Origin: an uncultured Acidobacteriota bacterium
GTDB lineage: Bacteria; Acidobacteriota; Polarisedimenticolia; JACPZX01
Assembly: GCA_964400605.1 (NCBI GenBank)
Contig: CAYNUH010000001.1
Coordinates: 621 to 64,620 of the forward strand
DNA length: 64,000 bases
Reading direction: 5' to 3'
Shown here one piece after another: positions 7,784-17,243 of this stretch; the first letter of the stretch is position 1; each line of letters opens with the position of its first letter. Under the pieces are notes generated by a model. It made no database searches and was not told the DNA's origin. It saw only the letters and a program-made list of their open reading frames with translations. Position numbers and translations under genes: made by a program.

Positions 7784-9010
7784 ATGCGGATCGTGAAGGC
7801 CCCGCGGATCCGCGCGGAGGGAGCCACCTTGAAGGTTCGGATCGCTCTGGGGGCGGCCGCCTGCGCCGCCGCGCTTCTCGCGCAGCCCGCGCGGGCGCAG
7901 TCCGCCGAGGCGGGCGACAAGGTCATCAACGCCGAGGGGATAGCCGCCGTAGAGAGGGGCGACGTGCCCGGCGCACGCGATCGGGCGCTCGACGACGCCC
8001 TGAGGAAGGCCGTCGAGCAGGCGGTGGGGACGCTCATCGAGAGCGAGACCATGGTCCAGAACTACCAGATCCTGAACGAGTCCATCTACTCGCAGTCGAA
8101 GGGGTTCGTCCGCACCTACAAGATCGTCTCCGAGAAGCAGGACGGCCCGCTCTACCGCGTGAACGTGGCGGCCACCGTGGCGGTGGGGAACGTGAAGGGC
8201 GACCTCCAGTCGCTGGGGCTGCTCATCCAGAGGATGCGCAAGCCCCGCGTCATGGTGATGATCCCGGAGGAGAACATCCTCGACCACGGCTGGTGGTGGC
8301 ACTGGATGGGGAACATCGGCACCGTCGAGACGGCGTTGATCAAGGCGCTCAAGGCCAAGGATTTCACCGTCATGGACTCCACCACGGTGCGGAAAAGCAT
8401 CGACAAGGAGGCCGCGCTGAAGGCCGTCGAGGGGGACAACGCCGCGGCCCAGGCCATCGCCCAGCAGACGGGAGCCGAGGTCCTGATCACGGGCCACGCC
8501 ATCGCGCAGCCCGCGGGGAACGTGGGCGGCTCTCAGATGGTCTCGTACCAGGCCAGCGTCAACGCAAGGGCGATCAAAGCCGACACGGGGGAGATCCTCG
8601 CCACGTCTTCCGGATCAGGAAAGGCCGTGCACCTCAACGCCACGGCCGGAGGCAACGAGGCCCTGCGCCAGGCCGGGTCCATGCTGGTGGGTGACCTGAT
8701 CTCGCAGATCACGACCCAGTGGGCCAAGGAGGCCTCGGGGACCCGGATGGTGGCGCTCTCGGTCTCGGGCGTGTCGAAGGACCTGGTGGACGATCTGGTG
8801 GCCGAGATGAAGGCGAGCGTGCGCGGCGTGGCGGACGTATTTGAGAGGGAGTACGCTCAGGGCGTCGCGAGGCTCGACGTGGACTTCAAGGGCGACGCCG
8901 AGACACTGTCGAAGTCGCTCCGGTCGCTGGCGGTGGGAGGCGGCCGGCTGGAGGTGACGGCCGTCACGCCCAACAAGGTGGACGCCCGGTTCGTGCCGGC
9001 GGGGCCGTGA
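7784..9010 (+). CDS. Secreted protein with an N-terminal LPP20/FlgT_N-like domain followed by a CsgG/LpoB/TolB-N-like alpha/beta domain
   Basis: Signal peptide (LKVRIALGAAACAAALLAQPARAQS). Domain 1: NAEGIAAVERGDVPGARDRALDDALRKAVEQAVGTLIESETMVQNYQ...YKIV (LPP20-like). Domain 2: KPRVMVMIPEEN...DFTVMDSTTVRKSIDKEAAL...GAEVLITGHAI (CsgG-like pattern). Start chosen at ATG 7784; the ORF is open from 7679. Confidence 0.55.
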   Translation: MRIVKAPRIRAEGATLKVRIALGAAACAAALLAQPARAQSAEAGDKVINAEGIAAVERGDVPGARDRALDDALRKAVEQAVGTLIESETMVQNYQILNESIYSQSKGFVRTYKIVSEKQDGPLYRVNVAATVAVGNVKGDLQSLGLLIQRMRKPRVMVMIPEENILDHGWWWHWMGNIGTVETALIKALKAKDFTVMDSTTVRKSIDKEAALKAVEGDNAAAQAIAQQTGAEVLITGHAIAQPAGNVGGSQMVSYQASVNARAIKADTGEILATSSGSGKAVHLNATAGGNEALRQAGSMLVGDLISQITTQWAKEASGTRMVALSVSGVSKDLVDDLVAEMKASVRGVADVFEREYAQGVARLDVDFKGDAETLSKSLRSLAVGGGRLEVTAVTPNKVDARFVPAGP

Positions 9011-9086
9011 CGGCGGGCGCGGGAGCGCTTCCCGGCGGCGACTCAGGCCGCGGTAGCATCGATAAAGTCATGGGAGGGACGACGGC

Positions 9087-10032
9087 CATGGTTCGTATAT
9101 CCTCTGGGTTCTCAGCCGCGGCGCGGGCGGTGGCGCTGACGTTGGCCACCGTGACGGTGCTCTGGGTCGCTGGCGCGCCCGCCGCGTTCGCGCAGCAGAA
9201 GAAGCCGCGCATCGCCGTGCTGCCCTTCGACTCCAGCCACATCTCGAGCTCCTACGCCCACCTCTCCACCAGCGTCGTGAACGGGATGTTCGAGACCGAG
9301 CTGGTGAAGACGGGGAAGTTCGTCGTCATCGAGCGCAAGCGCCTCGAGGCGGTTTTGCAGGAGCAGGGGCTGGGTCTGACGGGTGCCGTGGACGCCTCCA
9401 CCGCCGTGAAGGTGGGCAAGATCCTCGGCGTGGAGCTGGTCCTGGTGGGCGACATCACCAAGCTCGGCGTCAAGCAGGCGGGCGGCAGCACGGGGATCTT
9501 CGGGGGCGTGGGGTTGTCGAAGAACACGCTCGAGGGAGGCCTCGACGTGCGTCTCGTCAGCACGCAGACAGCCCAGATCGTCTTCGCCGAGAACGAGTTC
9601 AACGCCGATTCTTCGTTCAAGGGCCAGTTCCGGAGCTCGAGCGGGGGAACCGACTTCGACGAGACGAAGATTGACAAGGTCTTCCGCCCCTGCGTGGAGC
9701 GGCTCGCGAAGAAGATGGCCGATAAGGCCGCCGAGGTCGTCGGCGAGATGCGCGGCGCCGGGGGTCTCACCCCCAAGATCGCCAATGTGGTCGGCCCCAA
9801 GATCTACCTGAACATGGGCGCGGCCGAGGGGATCAAGGTGGGCGACACCTTCGAGGTGTTCCGTCAGGGGGAGGAGATCCGCGACCCGGACACGGGCGCG
9901 GTGCTCGACGTCGAGGTGACCCTCATCGGGAAGATCATCGTCACCGAGGTGAAGGAGAAGGTCGCCATCGCCAGCGCCCAGAGCGGCGCCGGGTTCGAGA
10001 AGGGCGACGTCGCGAAGCCGCCGAAGTCCTGA
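9087..10032 (+). CDS. CsgG-family (curli production assembly/transport component-like) periplasmic protein
   Basis: Signal peptide (AVALTLATVTVLWVAGAPAAFAQQ). Then KPRIAVLPFDSS...ELVKTGKFVVIERKRLEAVLQEQGLGLTGAVDASTAVKVGKILGVELVLVGDITKLG, a classic CsgG-like signature. RBS GGGAGGG sits 9 nt before ATG 9087. Confidence 0.65.
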
Positions 10033-10050
10033 CCCCGGAGACGTGAGCGG

Positions 10051-10647
10051 ATGGGCCTCACCCTCGCCAACCTGCTCACCGTCCTCCGGATGGCGCTCAT
10101 CCCGTTCTTCCTCATCGCCGTCACATCGAACCGGAGCGGCCCGGCGCTCGTCATCTTCGCCGTCGCGGGCGCCACCGACCTCCTCGACGGCATCATCGCG
10201 CGCATGTGGCGCCAGAAGACGGCGCTCGGCGCCATCCTCGACCCCGTGGCGGACAAACTTCTGTTGACCGCCGCCTTCGTCATCCTGTGCATGCCCGACC
10301 ATCCGAGGGCCTTTCCCGATTTCACGCTCCTGAACCGGATCCCCATCACCGTGACCATCCTCTCCATCAGCCGCGACGTGATGATCTCTCTCATCGCGGG
10401 TGTTCTCTACGTGGCCGCCGGGAAGACCTCCTTCGCGCCCACGCTTCTGGGGAAGCTGACCACGACCGTGCAGATCCTTACCGTCGTCTCCGTCCTCATC
10501 TTCAACTACCAGGAGGTCCGATCCGACGTGGTCCTCCCGGTCCTGACCCGCCTGACCGTGGCGCTGATCCTCCTGAGCGGACTGCATTACATCTACCACA
10601 ACATGCAGCGGGGCGGCGAGACGGGCGGGGGCGGGACGCCGCGGTGA
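10051..10647 (+). CDS. pgsA: CDP-diacylglycerol--glycerol-3-phosphate 3-phosphatidyltransferase
   Basis: CDP-alcohol phosphatidyltransferase motif GATDLLDGIIARMWRQKTALGAILDPVADKLL. Multi-TM protein of 198 aa. Confidence 0.85.
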   Translation: MGLTLANLLTVLRMALIPFFLIAVTSNRSGPALVIFAVAGATDLLDGIIARMWRQKTALGAILDPVADKLLLTAAFVILCMPDHPRAFPDFTLLNRIPITVTILSISRDVMISLIAGVLYVAAGKTSFAPTLLGKLTTTVQILTVVSVLIFNYQEVRSDVVLPVLTRLTVALILLSGLHYIYHNMQRGGETGGGGTPR

Positions 10648-11774
10648 CCGGGATCATCACCGACCGCCGCACCCGGGCCGTCCTGCTGGGCGCGCTGGCG
10701 ATCCTGGTGCTCGTGGGCGCCTACGTGGCCCGCAACGTCCTCGTACCCTTCGCCCTCTCCGCCGTCATCGCCTACGTCCTCGATCCGGCCGTGGATGGCC
10801 TGGCGCGGCGGAGAATCCCGCGGACCTGGGGGATCGTCCTGCTCCTGGGGGCCGTCGCGACGGTGGCGGCCGGCATCGTCGCTCTGGTCGTGCCCGAGAT
10901 CGGCCGCCAGATTGACCTCTTCCTGGGGCGCCTTCCGGGGTACATGAGCACGCTCAAGGAGCGGTTCGCGCCGCTCTACGCCTCGCTACGGGAGCGCTAC
11001 CCCGATCAGGTGGATGCGCTGCAGGCCAGGGCTCTGGCATCGCTCAACGACCTGCTGCCGCGGCTGATGGAGCCCCTTCTCGCCGCCGTTCAGGTGGCTG
11101 TGGGGAGCGCGTTCGGAACCGTCCTCTGGCTGGTGAAGGTTCTCTTCGTTCCCGTGTTCACCTTCTATCTCCTGAAGGACTTCCCGGCCATCCGAGGCGG
11201 GATCATCTCGCTCGTCCCCGTGCCGTCGCGGGCGGGCTTCGTCGCCAAGTGGGACGAGATCGATCGGGTCCTCCGCCGGTGGCTGAGAGGCCAGCTGACC
11301 GTCTCGGTCATCCTCGCCGTCATCTTCGCCGTCGGCCTCCCGCTCATGGGAGTGCCGCTCGGACTGCTGCTGGGTCTTCTCGGAGGGCTCGGGAACATCG
11401 TGCCGTACCTGGGGCTGGTCCTCGGGATGCTGCCCGCGATGCTGCTGATCCTCCTTGACTCGGGGTCGTGGGTCGGCGTCGTGGGAGTGGGCGCCCTCTT
11501 CGCGGCGGCCCACTTCGTAGAGGGGACGGTGATCTCCCCGCGGATCGTGGGGGAAGGGGTGGGCCTCAGGCCCGTTGTCGTGCTGCTGGCCGTCCTCGTC
11601 GGCGGGGAGATCTTCGGCTTCGCCGGCCTCCTCATGGCCGTGCCCGTGACGGCCGCCGCGATGGTCTTCGTGCGCGACGCACGGCGCGCGTACGAGGCCT
11701 CCGGCTATTTCCTGGGCACGGGGCCGCGCCCCCCGGCCCGGCTGCCGCTGCGGCGCCGCCGCCCGGTGGCCTAG
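10644..11774 (+). CDS. AI-2E family transporter (PerM/YhhT/TqsA family, UPF0118)
   Basis: Eight-TM architecture with typical C-terminal motifs (LGLLLGLLGGLGNIVPYLG; SPRIVGEGVGLRPVVVLLAVLVGGEIFG). GTG start overlaps the pgsA stop (GTGA). Confidence 0.8.
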   Translation: MTGIITDRRTRAVLLGALAILVLVGAYVARNVLVPFALSAVIAYVLDPAVDGLARRRIPRTWGIVLLLGAVATVAAGIVALVVPEIGRQIDLFLGRLPGYMSTLKERFAPLYASLRERYPDQVDALQARALASLNDLLPRLMEPLLAAVQVAVGSAFGTVLWLVKVLFVPVFTFYLLKDFPAIRGGIISLVPVPSRAGFVAKWDEIDRVLRRWLRGQLTVSVILAVIFAVGLPLMGVPLGLLLGLLGGLGNIVPYLGLVLGMLPAMLLILLDSGSWVGVVGVGALFAAAHFVEGTVISPRIVGEGVGLRPVVVLLAVLVGGEIFGFAGLLMAVPVTAAAMVFVRDARRAYEASGYFLGTGPRPPARLPLRRRRPVA

Positions 11775-11783
11775 CCTCCAGCC

Positions 11784-14192
11784 GTGGATTCCATCACTCT
11801 CGCCGCTCTGGAATACGAAGGACTCAAGGGGCTCCTCGCCCCGCGGCTCAGGAGCCCACTCGGCCGCGTTGCGCTCTCCGCCCTCGCCCCATCGGCCGAT
11901 CCCGCCGAGGTCGCCGTGAGGCGCTCGCGGGCCGTGGAGGCGCTCGCCTATCTGCGCGAGTTCCGGGCACCCGCCCCGGGCGAAGTGGAGGACCCCGAGG
12001 CCATCCTCGCCGTCCTGGAGCCGGAGGGCGCCGTGCTCGATCCCGTCGAGATCGCGCGTCTCACGACGGTGATCCGATCGGGTATCTCGTTTCGCGACGA
12101 GATCGCCGCGGTGAGGAGCCGCTTTCCGCGTCTGTGGGACGTGGCGGGGGCCATCCCCGCGCTGAAGCCGCTCCTCGCCGACCTCGCGGGGAAGATCTCT
12201 CCCGAAGGGAAGGTCGAGAACCACGCCTCGCTTGATCTTCAAGCGATCCGCGACCGTGTCGCGGCGCTGGAAGGCCGGCTCCACCGACTCATGCGCTCGA
12301 TGCTCGACAATCAGGCTATCCGCGGCGCCATCCAGGACGCCTTCGTCACCGTCCGGAGCGGGAGGTTCGTCATCCCGGTGCGCGTGGAGGCGCGCCGCGA
12401 GGTGGCCGGTATCATCCATGGATCCTCATCCACCGGCGCCACCGTTTTCGTGGAGCCGATGGAGGCGGTGGAGCTCAACAACGAGCTGGTCACGCTGCGC
12501 GACGAGGAGGAATCCGAGATCAGGAGGATCCTCGCCGCCCTGTCGGGGAGGCTGCGATCCCATCTCGCGGAACTCCGGACTTTGCTCCGCACGCTGGGGG
12601 AGGCGGACCTGCTCGGCGCCTGCGCCCTCTTCGCGCGCGACTTCGACTGCGAGCCCGCGGAAGCGGGAGATCGCATCGTCCTCCACGCGGCGAGGCACCC
12701 TGTGCTGCAGGCGGCTCTCGACTCTCGAGGCGGCCTGATCATTCCGCTCTCGCTCGAGGTCCGATCGGGAGGGCAGGTGCTGATCCTCTCGGGGCCGAAC
12801 ACCGGCGGGAAGACGGCCGCGCTCAAGACCATCGGCCTGCTGGCGTTGATGAACCAGAGCGGGATGTTGCTGCCGGCATCGAGGGCCGTGCTGCCGGTTT
12901 TCGCGCAGGTCCTGGCGGACGTCGGCGACCGTCAGTCGATCACGGAGGATCTCTCGACCTTTTCGGCGAGGATGCTCCGTGTCGCCGAGATGAGCCGGGA
13001 TTCCCGCACCCCCGCGCTGGTTCTTCTCGACGAGGTCGGAGCCGGGACAGATCCGGAGGAGGGGGGCGCGCTGGCGGTGGCCATCGTGGATCACTTCCGC
13101 CGCCGCGGCGCGTGTGTCATCGCGACGACGCACCATGCCGCGCTCAAGGTGTACGCCGAGGTGACCGAAGGGGCTGCCAACGCCTCGATGGAGTTCAATG
13201 AGGCCGCCCGGGCGCCGACGTTCCGGCTGATTGCGGGCCTGGCGGGCCGAAGCGGCGGCATCGAGATGGCGGGCCGGGTGGGGCTCCCGGAGGAGATCCT
13301 CGACGCGGCGCGAAGCCGGCTGAGCGAGGCTCACCGGCTCGTGGACTCGTACCTCGCGCGCCTGCACGCGCTGGTGGAGGCGCGCCAGACCGAGGAGGCG
13401 CGGGCCCGCGCCTCCCGTGAGGCGCTTGACGCCGAGCGCTCCGAGGCGAGCGAGCGCGCCCGGCAAGAGGAGGCCGATCTCAGGCGCTCCTACCAGGACG
13501 CCATGGATGCGGCGCTGGCTCGGATAGGGGACGCGGCGAAGGAGATCGTGACTCAGGCGCGAGACCGCGCGGTCGAGCTTCAATTGAAGAGCGAGACGCG
13601 AAAGGCCGTGAAGGAGACGGTGGAGAGATTGCGCTCGGAGGTGCCCCCCCCCGCGCCGAAGCACCTCAGGCCGGAAGACGTCGCCGTGATGAGGGAGCGT
13701 GCGGCTTGGGACGCCTTTGGAGTCGGGGCGGTGGTCCGCGTGCCGGCGCTCGGCGCCACGGGCACCGTCCAGTCCGTTGATGCGAGGCGCGGGCGGGCCG
13801 ACATCCTGGTGCGCGGCAAGAGGATGACGCTTACGCTCGAGGACTGCGAGCTGGTATCGGCCCCGGGCGCCGCCGCGGCAGGCGCCCGGCGCGCGCCGGC
13901 CGTGCTGCCGAAAGGGATCTCCATGAGCACGGGCGCCAAGTCGAAGGTTCCCGCCGAGATCAAGCTGATCGGGATGACCGTCGAGGAGGCGACCGGCCTT
14001 CTCGACAAGTTCCTCGATGACGCCGTCCTCGCGGGCCACCGCGAGGTGCGGATCGTCCACGGCCACGGCACCGGCCGGCTCCGCTCCGCCGTGGCGTCGT
14101 TCCTCTCGGATCACCCCCACGTCGAATCCCACCGGCCCGCCGACGCGAGGTCCGGTGGCACCGGCGCCACCGTGGCGGTGCTGAAGGGATAG
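11784..14192 (+). CDS. mutS2: Endonuclease MutS2 (MutS domains plus C-terminal Smr domain)
   Basis: Walker A (ILSGPNTGGKT), MutS signature (STFSARM...LLDEVGAGTDPEEG), coiled-coil region, and C-terminal Smr (EIKLIGMTVEEA...VRIVHGHGTGRLR). Confidence 0.9.
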   Translation: MDSITLAALEYEGLKGLLAPRLRSPLGRVALSALAPSADPAEVAVRRSRAVEALAYLREFRAPAPGEVEDPEAILAVLEPEGAVLDPVEIARLTTVIRSGISFRDEIAAVRSRFPRLWDVAGAIPALKPLLADLAGKISPEGKVENHASLDLQAIRDRVAALEGRLHRLMRSMLDNQAIRGAIQDAFVTVRSGRFVIPVRVEARREVAGIIHGSSSTGATVFVEPMEAVELNNELVTLRDEEESEIRRILAALSGRLRSHLAELRTLLRTLGEADLLGACALFARDFDCEPAEAGDRIVLHAARHPVLQAALDSRGGLIIPLSLEVRSGGQVLILSGPNTGGKTAALKTIGLLALMNQSGMLLPASRAVLPVFAQVLADVGDRQSITEDLSTFSARMLRVAEMSRDSRTPALVLLDEVGAGTDPEEGGALAVAIVDHFRRRGACVIATTHHAALKVYAEVTEGAANASMEFNEAARAPTFRLIAGLAGRSGGIEMAGRVGLPEEILDAARSRLSEAHRLVDSYLARLHALVEARQTEEARARASREALDAERSEASERARQEEADLRRSYQDAMDAALARIGDAAKEIVTQARDRAVELQLKSETRKAVKETVERLRSEVPPPAPKHLRPEDVAVMRERAAWDAFGVGAVVRVPALGATGTVQSVDARRGRADILVRGKRMTLTLEDCELVSAPGAAAAGARRAPAVLPKGISMSTGAKSKVPAEIKLIGMTVEEATGLLDKFLDDAVLAGHREVRIVHGHGTGRLRSAVASFLSDHPHVESHRPADARSGGTGATVAVLKG

Positions 14193-14343
14193 CGCGGGCG
14201 CAGATGGTCCGTGCGCCGCGGCATGCCGCTCTGCTAGCATGAGGGCGTCCCACTGGACTCGGGGAGGGAAGAGAACCCCGATGCCGCACCGAAGGGGCCG
14301 CGCGCGGGCGCACCCCGCGCTGGGGGAGGAGGGCGCGCCGCCG

Positions 14344-15561
14344 ATGATCTGGGCCGGGAGCGGACTTTCGCAGCAGTCCGACGGCGTGAGGGCGGCCGAG
14401 GAGGCCGCCTCCGCCGCCATGTCCGCCTCGACCATGAAGAAGGCCGGCCTCGTCTTCTTCTTCGCCACGGCGGACCACGCGGACAAGTATCCCGAAATGC
14501 TCGCCGCCGTGCGGAGGCGCACCGGGTGCGGCAACCTGGTGGGGTGCTCGGGCGCGGGTGTCCTCACATCCGAAGGAGAGATCGAGGGCGAGGAGGGCGT
14601 CGCCGTCCTCGCGCTGGGCGCCGACCACGCCGCCGCGGTCCCTTTCCTGGTGCAGAACTTGAAGAGCCGCGACCGCGAGGCGGGCCGCGAGATCGGCCGT
14701 CTCGTCGCCCCCTACCGGAAGGGCGACTCGCTCCTGGTCCTTCTGCCCGACACGTTGAACTGCAACCCCGAGGCGCTCTTCGCCGGGATCTCCGACTCGC
14801 TGGGGGACGTCCCCATCGTGGGCGGGGGGGCCGCCGACGACGGCTCCGGGAAGGCCACGTACCAGATGTGCGGAGGCCAGGTCGTCTCCAACGCCGTCAC
14901 GGGGGTGCTCCTGACCGGCTCCCTCTCCTCGTCGATCGGGGTGACGCAGGCCTGCTGCCCCATCGGCTCCCTGCTGACCGTCACCGCCGTGGAGGGCAAC
15001 GTCATCGAGAGCCTCGACGGCCGCCCCGCGCTCGAGGCGCTCGCCGAAGCTCTGGGTCCGTCGCTGGCGGGGGACCTGAACCGGCTCGCCGGCTTCATCT
15101 TCGTCGGCTTCCCCGTGGAGGACCTTCCCCCCGGCGCGCCTCTCGATCGCGGCGGCTACATCGTGCGCAACATCATCGGCATCGACCCCGACTCGGGCGC
15201 TCTCAGCGTGGGCAAGGAGGTCTCCCGCGGGGACACCGTCTCCTTCGTCGTGCGGGATCCCGTGGGAGCCCGGGAGGATCTCAAGGCGATGCTCGACGAG
15301 GAGGCGGCCGTCGGCGCGGTGGCCACGCCCCGGCTCGGGCTGTACTTCAACTGCTGCGCCCGGGGTTCGAGCCTCTACGGCATGGGCGGCATCGATACGG
15401 CGTTCATACGGAGGGCCTTCGGGCCGCTGCCCGTCGCGGGGTTCTTCGGCTTCTGCGAGATCGCCTCCATGAGGGGTGTGGCCCGATTGCACAACTACAC
15501 CGGCGTGATGACCCTGATCTCCGAGATGGCGCCGGGAACGGGGGGAGAGACGCTCCAGTGA
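14344..15561 (+). CDS. FIST domain protein (FIST_N plus FIST_C), no output domain
   Basis: Two-part FIST architecture (GLVFFFATADHADKYPEML...; ...GLYFNCCARGSSLYG...FFGFCEIAS). RBS GGGGGAGGAGGG sits 9 nt upstream of ATG 14344. Stop overlaps the ftcD start (TGATG). Confidence 0.75.
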   Translation: MIWAGSGLSQQSDGVRAAEEAASAAMSASTMKKAGLVFFFATADHADKYPEMLAAVRRRTGCGNLVGCSGAGVLTSEGEIEGEEGVAVLALGADHAAAVPFLVQNLKSRDREAGREIGRLVAPYRKGDSLLVLLPDTLNCNPEALFAGISDSLGDVPIVGGGAADDGSGKATYQMCGGQVVSNAVTGVLLTGSLSSSIGVTQACCPIGSLLTVTAVEGNVIESLDGRPALEALAEALGPSLAGDLNRLAGFIFVGFPVEDLPPGAPLDRGGYIVRNIIGIDPDSGALSVGKEVSRGDTVSFVVRDPVGAREDLKAMLDEEAAVGAVATPRLGLYFNCCARGSSLYGMGGIDTAFIRRAFGPLPVAGFFGFCEIASMRGVARLHNYTGVMTLISEMAPGTGGETLQ

Positions 15562-17243
15562 TGCGCCTCGTCGAATGCGTCCCGAACTTCTCGGAAGGCC
15601 GGGACCGGGACGTCATCGATCGCATCGGCGCCGAGGTGGAGACGGTTGCGGGGGTCCGGCTCCTGGATGTCGATCCCGGGGCGGCCACGAACCGTACGGT
15701 GGTCACCTTCGCCGGGCCGCCCGACGCCGTCGCGGAGGCCGCCTTCCGCGCGATTCGCCGAGCCGCCGACCTCATCGACATGGCGCGCCACCACGGAGAG
15801 CACCCGCGTATCGGCGCCACCGACGTCTGCCCGTTCGTCCCCCTCTCGGGCGTCACCATGGCCGACTGCGTCGAGATCGCGCGGCAGGTGGGGAGGCGCG
15901 TGGGAGAGGAACTGGGGATCCCGGTCTACCTCTACGAGCACGCCGCCTCGCGTCCCGAGAGGAAGACTCTCTCCGACGTCCGGCAGGGTGAGTACGAAGC
16001 GCTCGCCGAGCGGCTGAAGGATCCCGGCTGGAAGCCCGACTTCGGCCCGGCCGTCTTCAACCCGCGCTCGGGGGCCACGGTCATCGGGGCGCGGGAGTTC
16101 CTCATCGCCTACAACGTGACGTTGAACACGAAGGACCGCCGCCTCGCCCAGGAGATCGCGTCGAACATCCGCGAGACGGGCCGCGTGAGGAAGGGCCCCG
16201 ACGGCAAGCCGCTCAAGGATGCCTCGGGCGGCGCGGTCCGGAGCCCTGGCGCGCTGAAGGCGGCGAGGGCGACGGGGTGGTACATCGCCGAGTACGGCCG
16301 CGCGCAGGTGTCGATCAACCTCACGAACTACCGCGTCACGCCGCCGCACGCCGCTTTCGAGGAGGTCTGCCGCCAGGCGGAAGCGCTCGGGCTGAGGGTG
16401 ACGGGAAGCGAAGTGGTGGGGCTGATACCGCTGGAAGCCGTGCTGATGGCAGGCCGCTACTACCGCGCCCGGCAGGGGAAGAGCCCTGCGGCCCCCGCGC
16501 GCGATCTCGTCGATCTGGCGATCCAGTCCCTCGGCTTCAACGACGTGGCTCCCTTCGACCCGGCCAGGAAGATCATCGAGTACCGCGTTCGCGATCGCAG
16601 CGCCGGCTTCGCGGGACGGTCGTTGGGCGCCTTCGTGGATGAGATCTCGGCCGACACCCCGGCTCCCGGCGGCGGATCGGTCGCGGCGCTCTGCGGAGCG
16701 GCGGCGGCCGCGCTGGCGGCGATGGTGGCCGGGATCACGTACCTTCGCAGGGACGCCGAAGCGCACCGCGATGCGCTGGCGGCGCTCGGGGAGCGATCGC
16801 AGGCTCTCAAGGAGAGGCTCCTCGGCGCCGTCCAGGAGGACGCCGATGCCTTCGAAGCCATGATGGCGGCCCGGAGGCTCAAAGGTTCCACGCCGGACGA
16901 GAAGGCCGCCCGCGACGAGGCGGTGCTTCACACCACGGTGCGCGCCATCGAGGCGCCGCTTTCGGTGATCCGGGGCGCGGCGGAGGTCCTGGCCGTGTCG
17001 TCCGAGTTGGCGGTCCTCGGCGCCGCCGCCGCGTTGAGCGACGTGGGCGTCGCCGCGCTCACGGCGCTCGCGGCCGCCGAGGGAGCCTTCGACAACGTCG
17101 TCATCAACCTTCCGGGCCTGAGCGACGCGGCCCGGGCCGCCTCCCTTCGCCGCGAGGCGGAGAGACTCCTCGGTGAAGCCAGGAAGACCGCCGCCTCCAT
17201 CCGCGAGAAAGTGGATCGGGAGCTGCGGGCGGCCAGCATGTGA
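15561..17243 (+). CDS. ftcD: Bifunctional glutamate formimidoyltransferase / formimidoyltetrahydrofolate cyclodeaminase
   Basis: N-terminal MRLVECVPNFSEGRD...HPRIGATDVCPFVP (formiminotransferase). C-terminal DTPAPGGGSVAALCGAAAAALAAMV (cyclodeaminase). The longer ORF from 14526 is an alternate-frame extension over the FIST gene. Confidence 0.85.
   Translation: MRLVECVPNFSEGRDRDVIDRIGAEVETVAGVRLLDVDPGAATNRTVVTFAGPPDAVAEAAFRAIRRAADLIDMARHHGEHPRIGATDVCPFVPLSGVTMADCVEIARQVGRRVGEELGIPVYLYEHAASRPERKTLSDVRQGEYEALAERLKDPGWKPDFGPAVFNPRSGATVIGAREFLIAYNVTLNTKDRRLAQEIASNIRETGRVRKGPDGKPLKDASGGAVRSPGALKAARATGWYIAEYGRAQVSINLTNYRVTPPHAAFEEVCRQAEALGLRVTGSEVVGLIPLEAVLMAGRYYRARQGKSPAAPARDLVDLAIQSLGFNDVAPFDPARKIIEYRVRDRSAGFAGRSLGAFVDEISADTPAPGGGSVAALCGAAAAALAAMVAGITYLRRDAEAHRDALAALGERSQALKERLLGAVQEDADAFEAMMAARRLKGSTPDEKAARDEAVLHTTVRAIEAPLSVIRGAAEVLAVSSELAVLGAAAALSDVGVAALTALAAAEGAFDNVVINLPGLSDAARAASLRREAERLLGEARKTAASIREKVDRELRAASM

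Noticed and set aside
7640-8497. 285-aa minus-strand ORF opposite the LPP20/CsgG-like gene
   Set aside because: It is an antisense frame with Arg/Gly/Asp-rich composition.
9112-10599. 495-aa minus-strand ORF spanning the CsgG-like and pgsA genes
   Set aside because: It is antisense to two confidently assigned plus-strand genes. The composition is poly-charged.
10206-10643. 5' part of the 522-aa ORF preceding the AI-2E transporter
   Set aside because: It lies in an alternate frame of pgsA. The transporter starts at the GTG that overlaps the pgsA stop.
10986-12419. 477-aa minus-strand ORF
   Set aside because: It is antisense to the AI-2E transporter and mutS2, with Asp/Glu/Arg/Gly-rich junk composition.
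12426-14567. 713-aa minus-strand ORF and the 510-aa ORF at 13960-15492
   Set aside because: They are antisense to mutS2 and the FIST gene.
14526-15560. Upstream 345 codons of the 905-aa ftcD ORF
   Set aside because: It is an alternate frame over the FIST gene (Arg/Gly-rich). ftcD begins at the conserved MRLVECVPNFSEGRD.
15495-16931. 478-aa minus-strand ORF
   Set aside because: It is antisense to ftcD.
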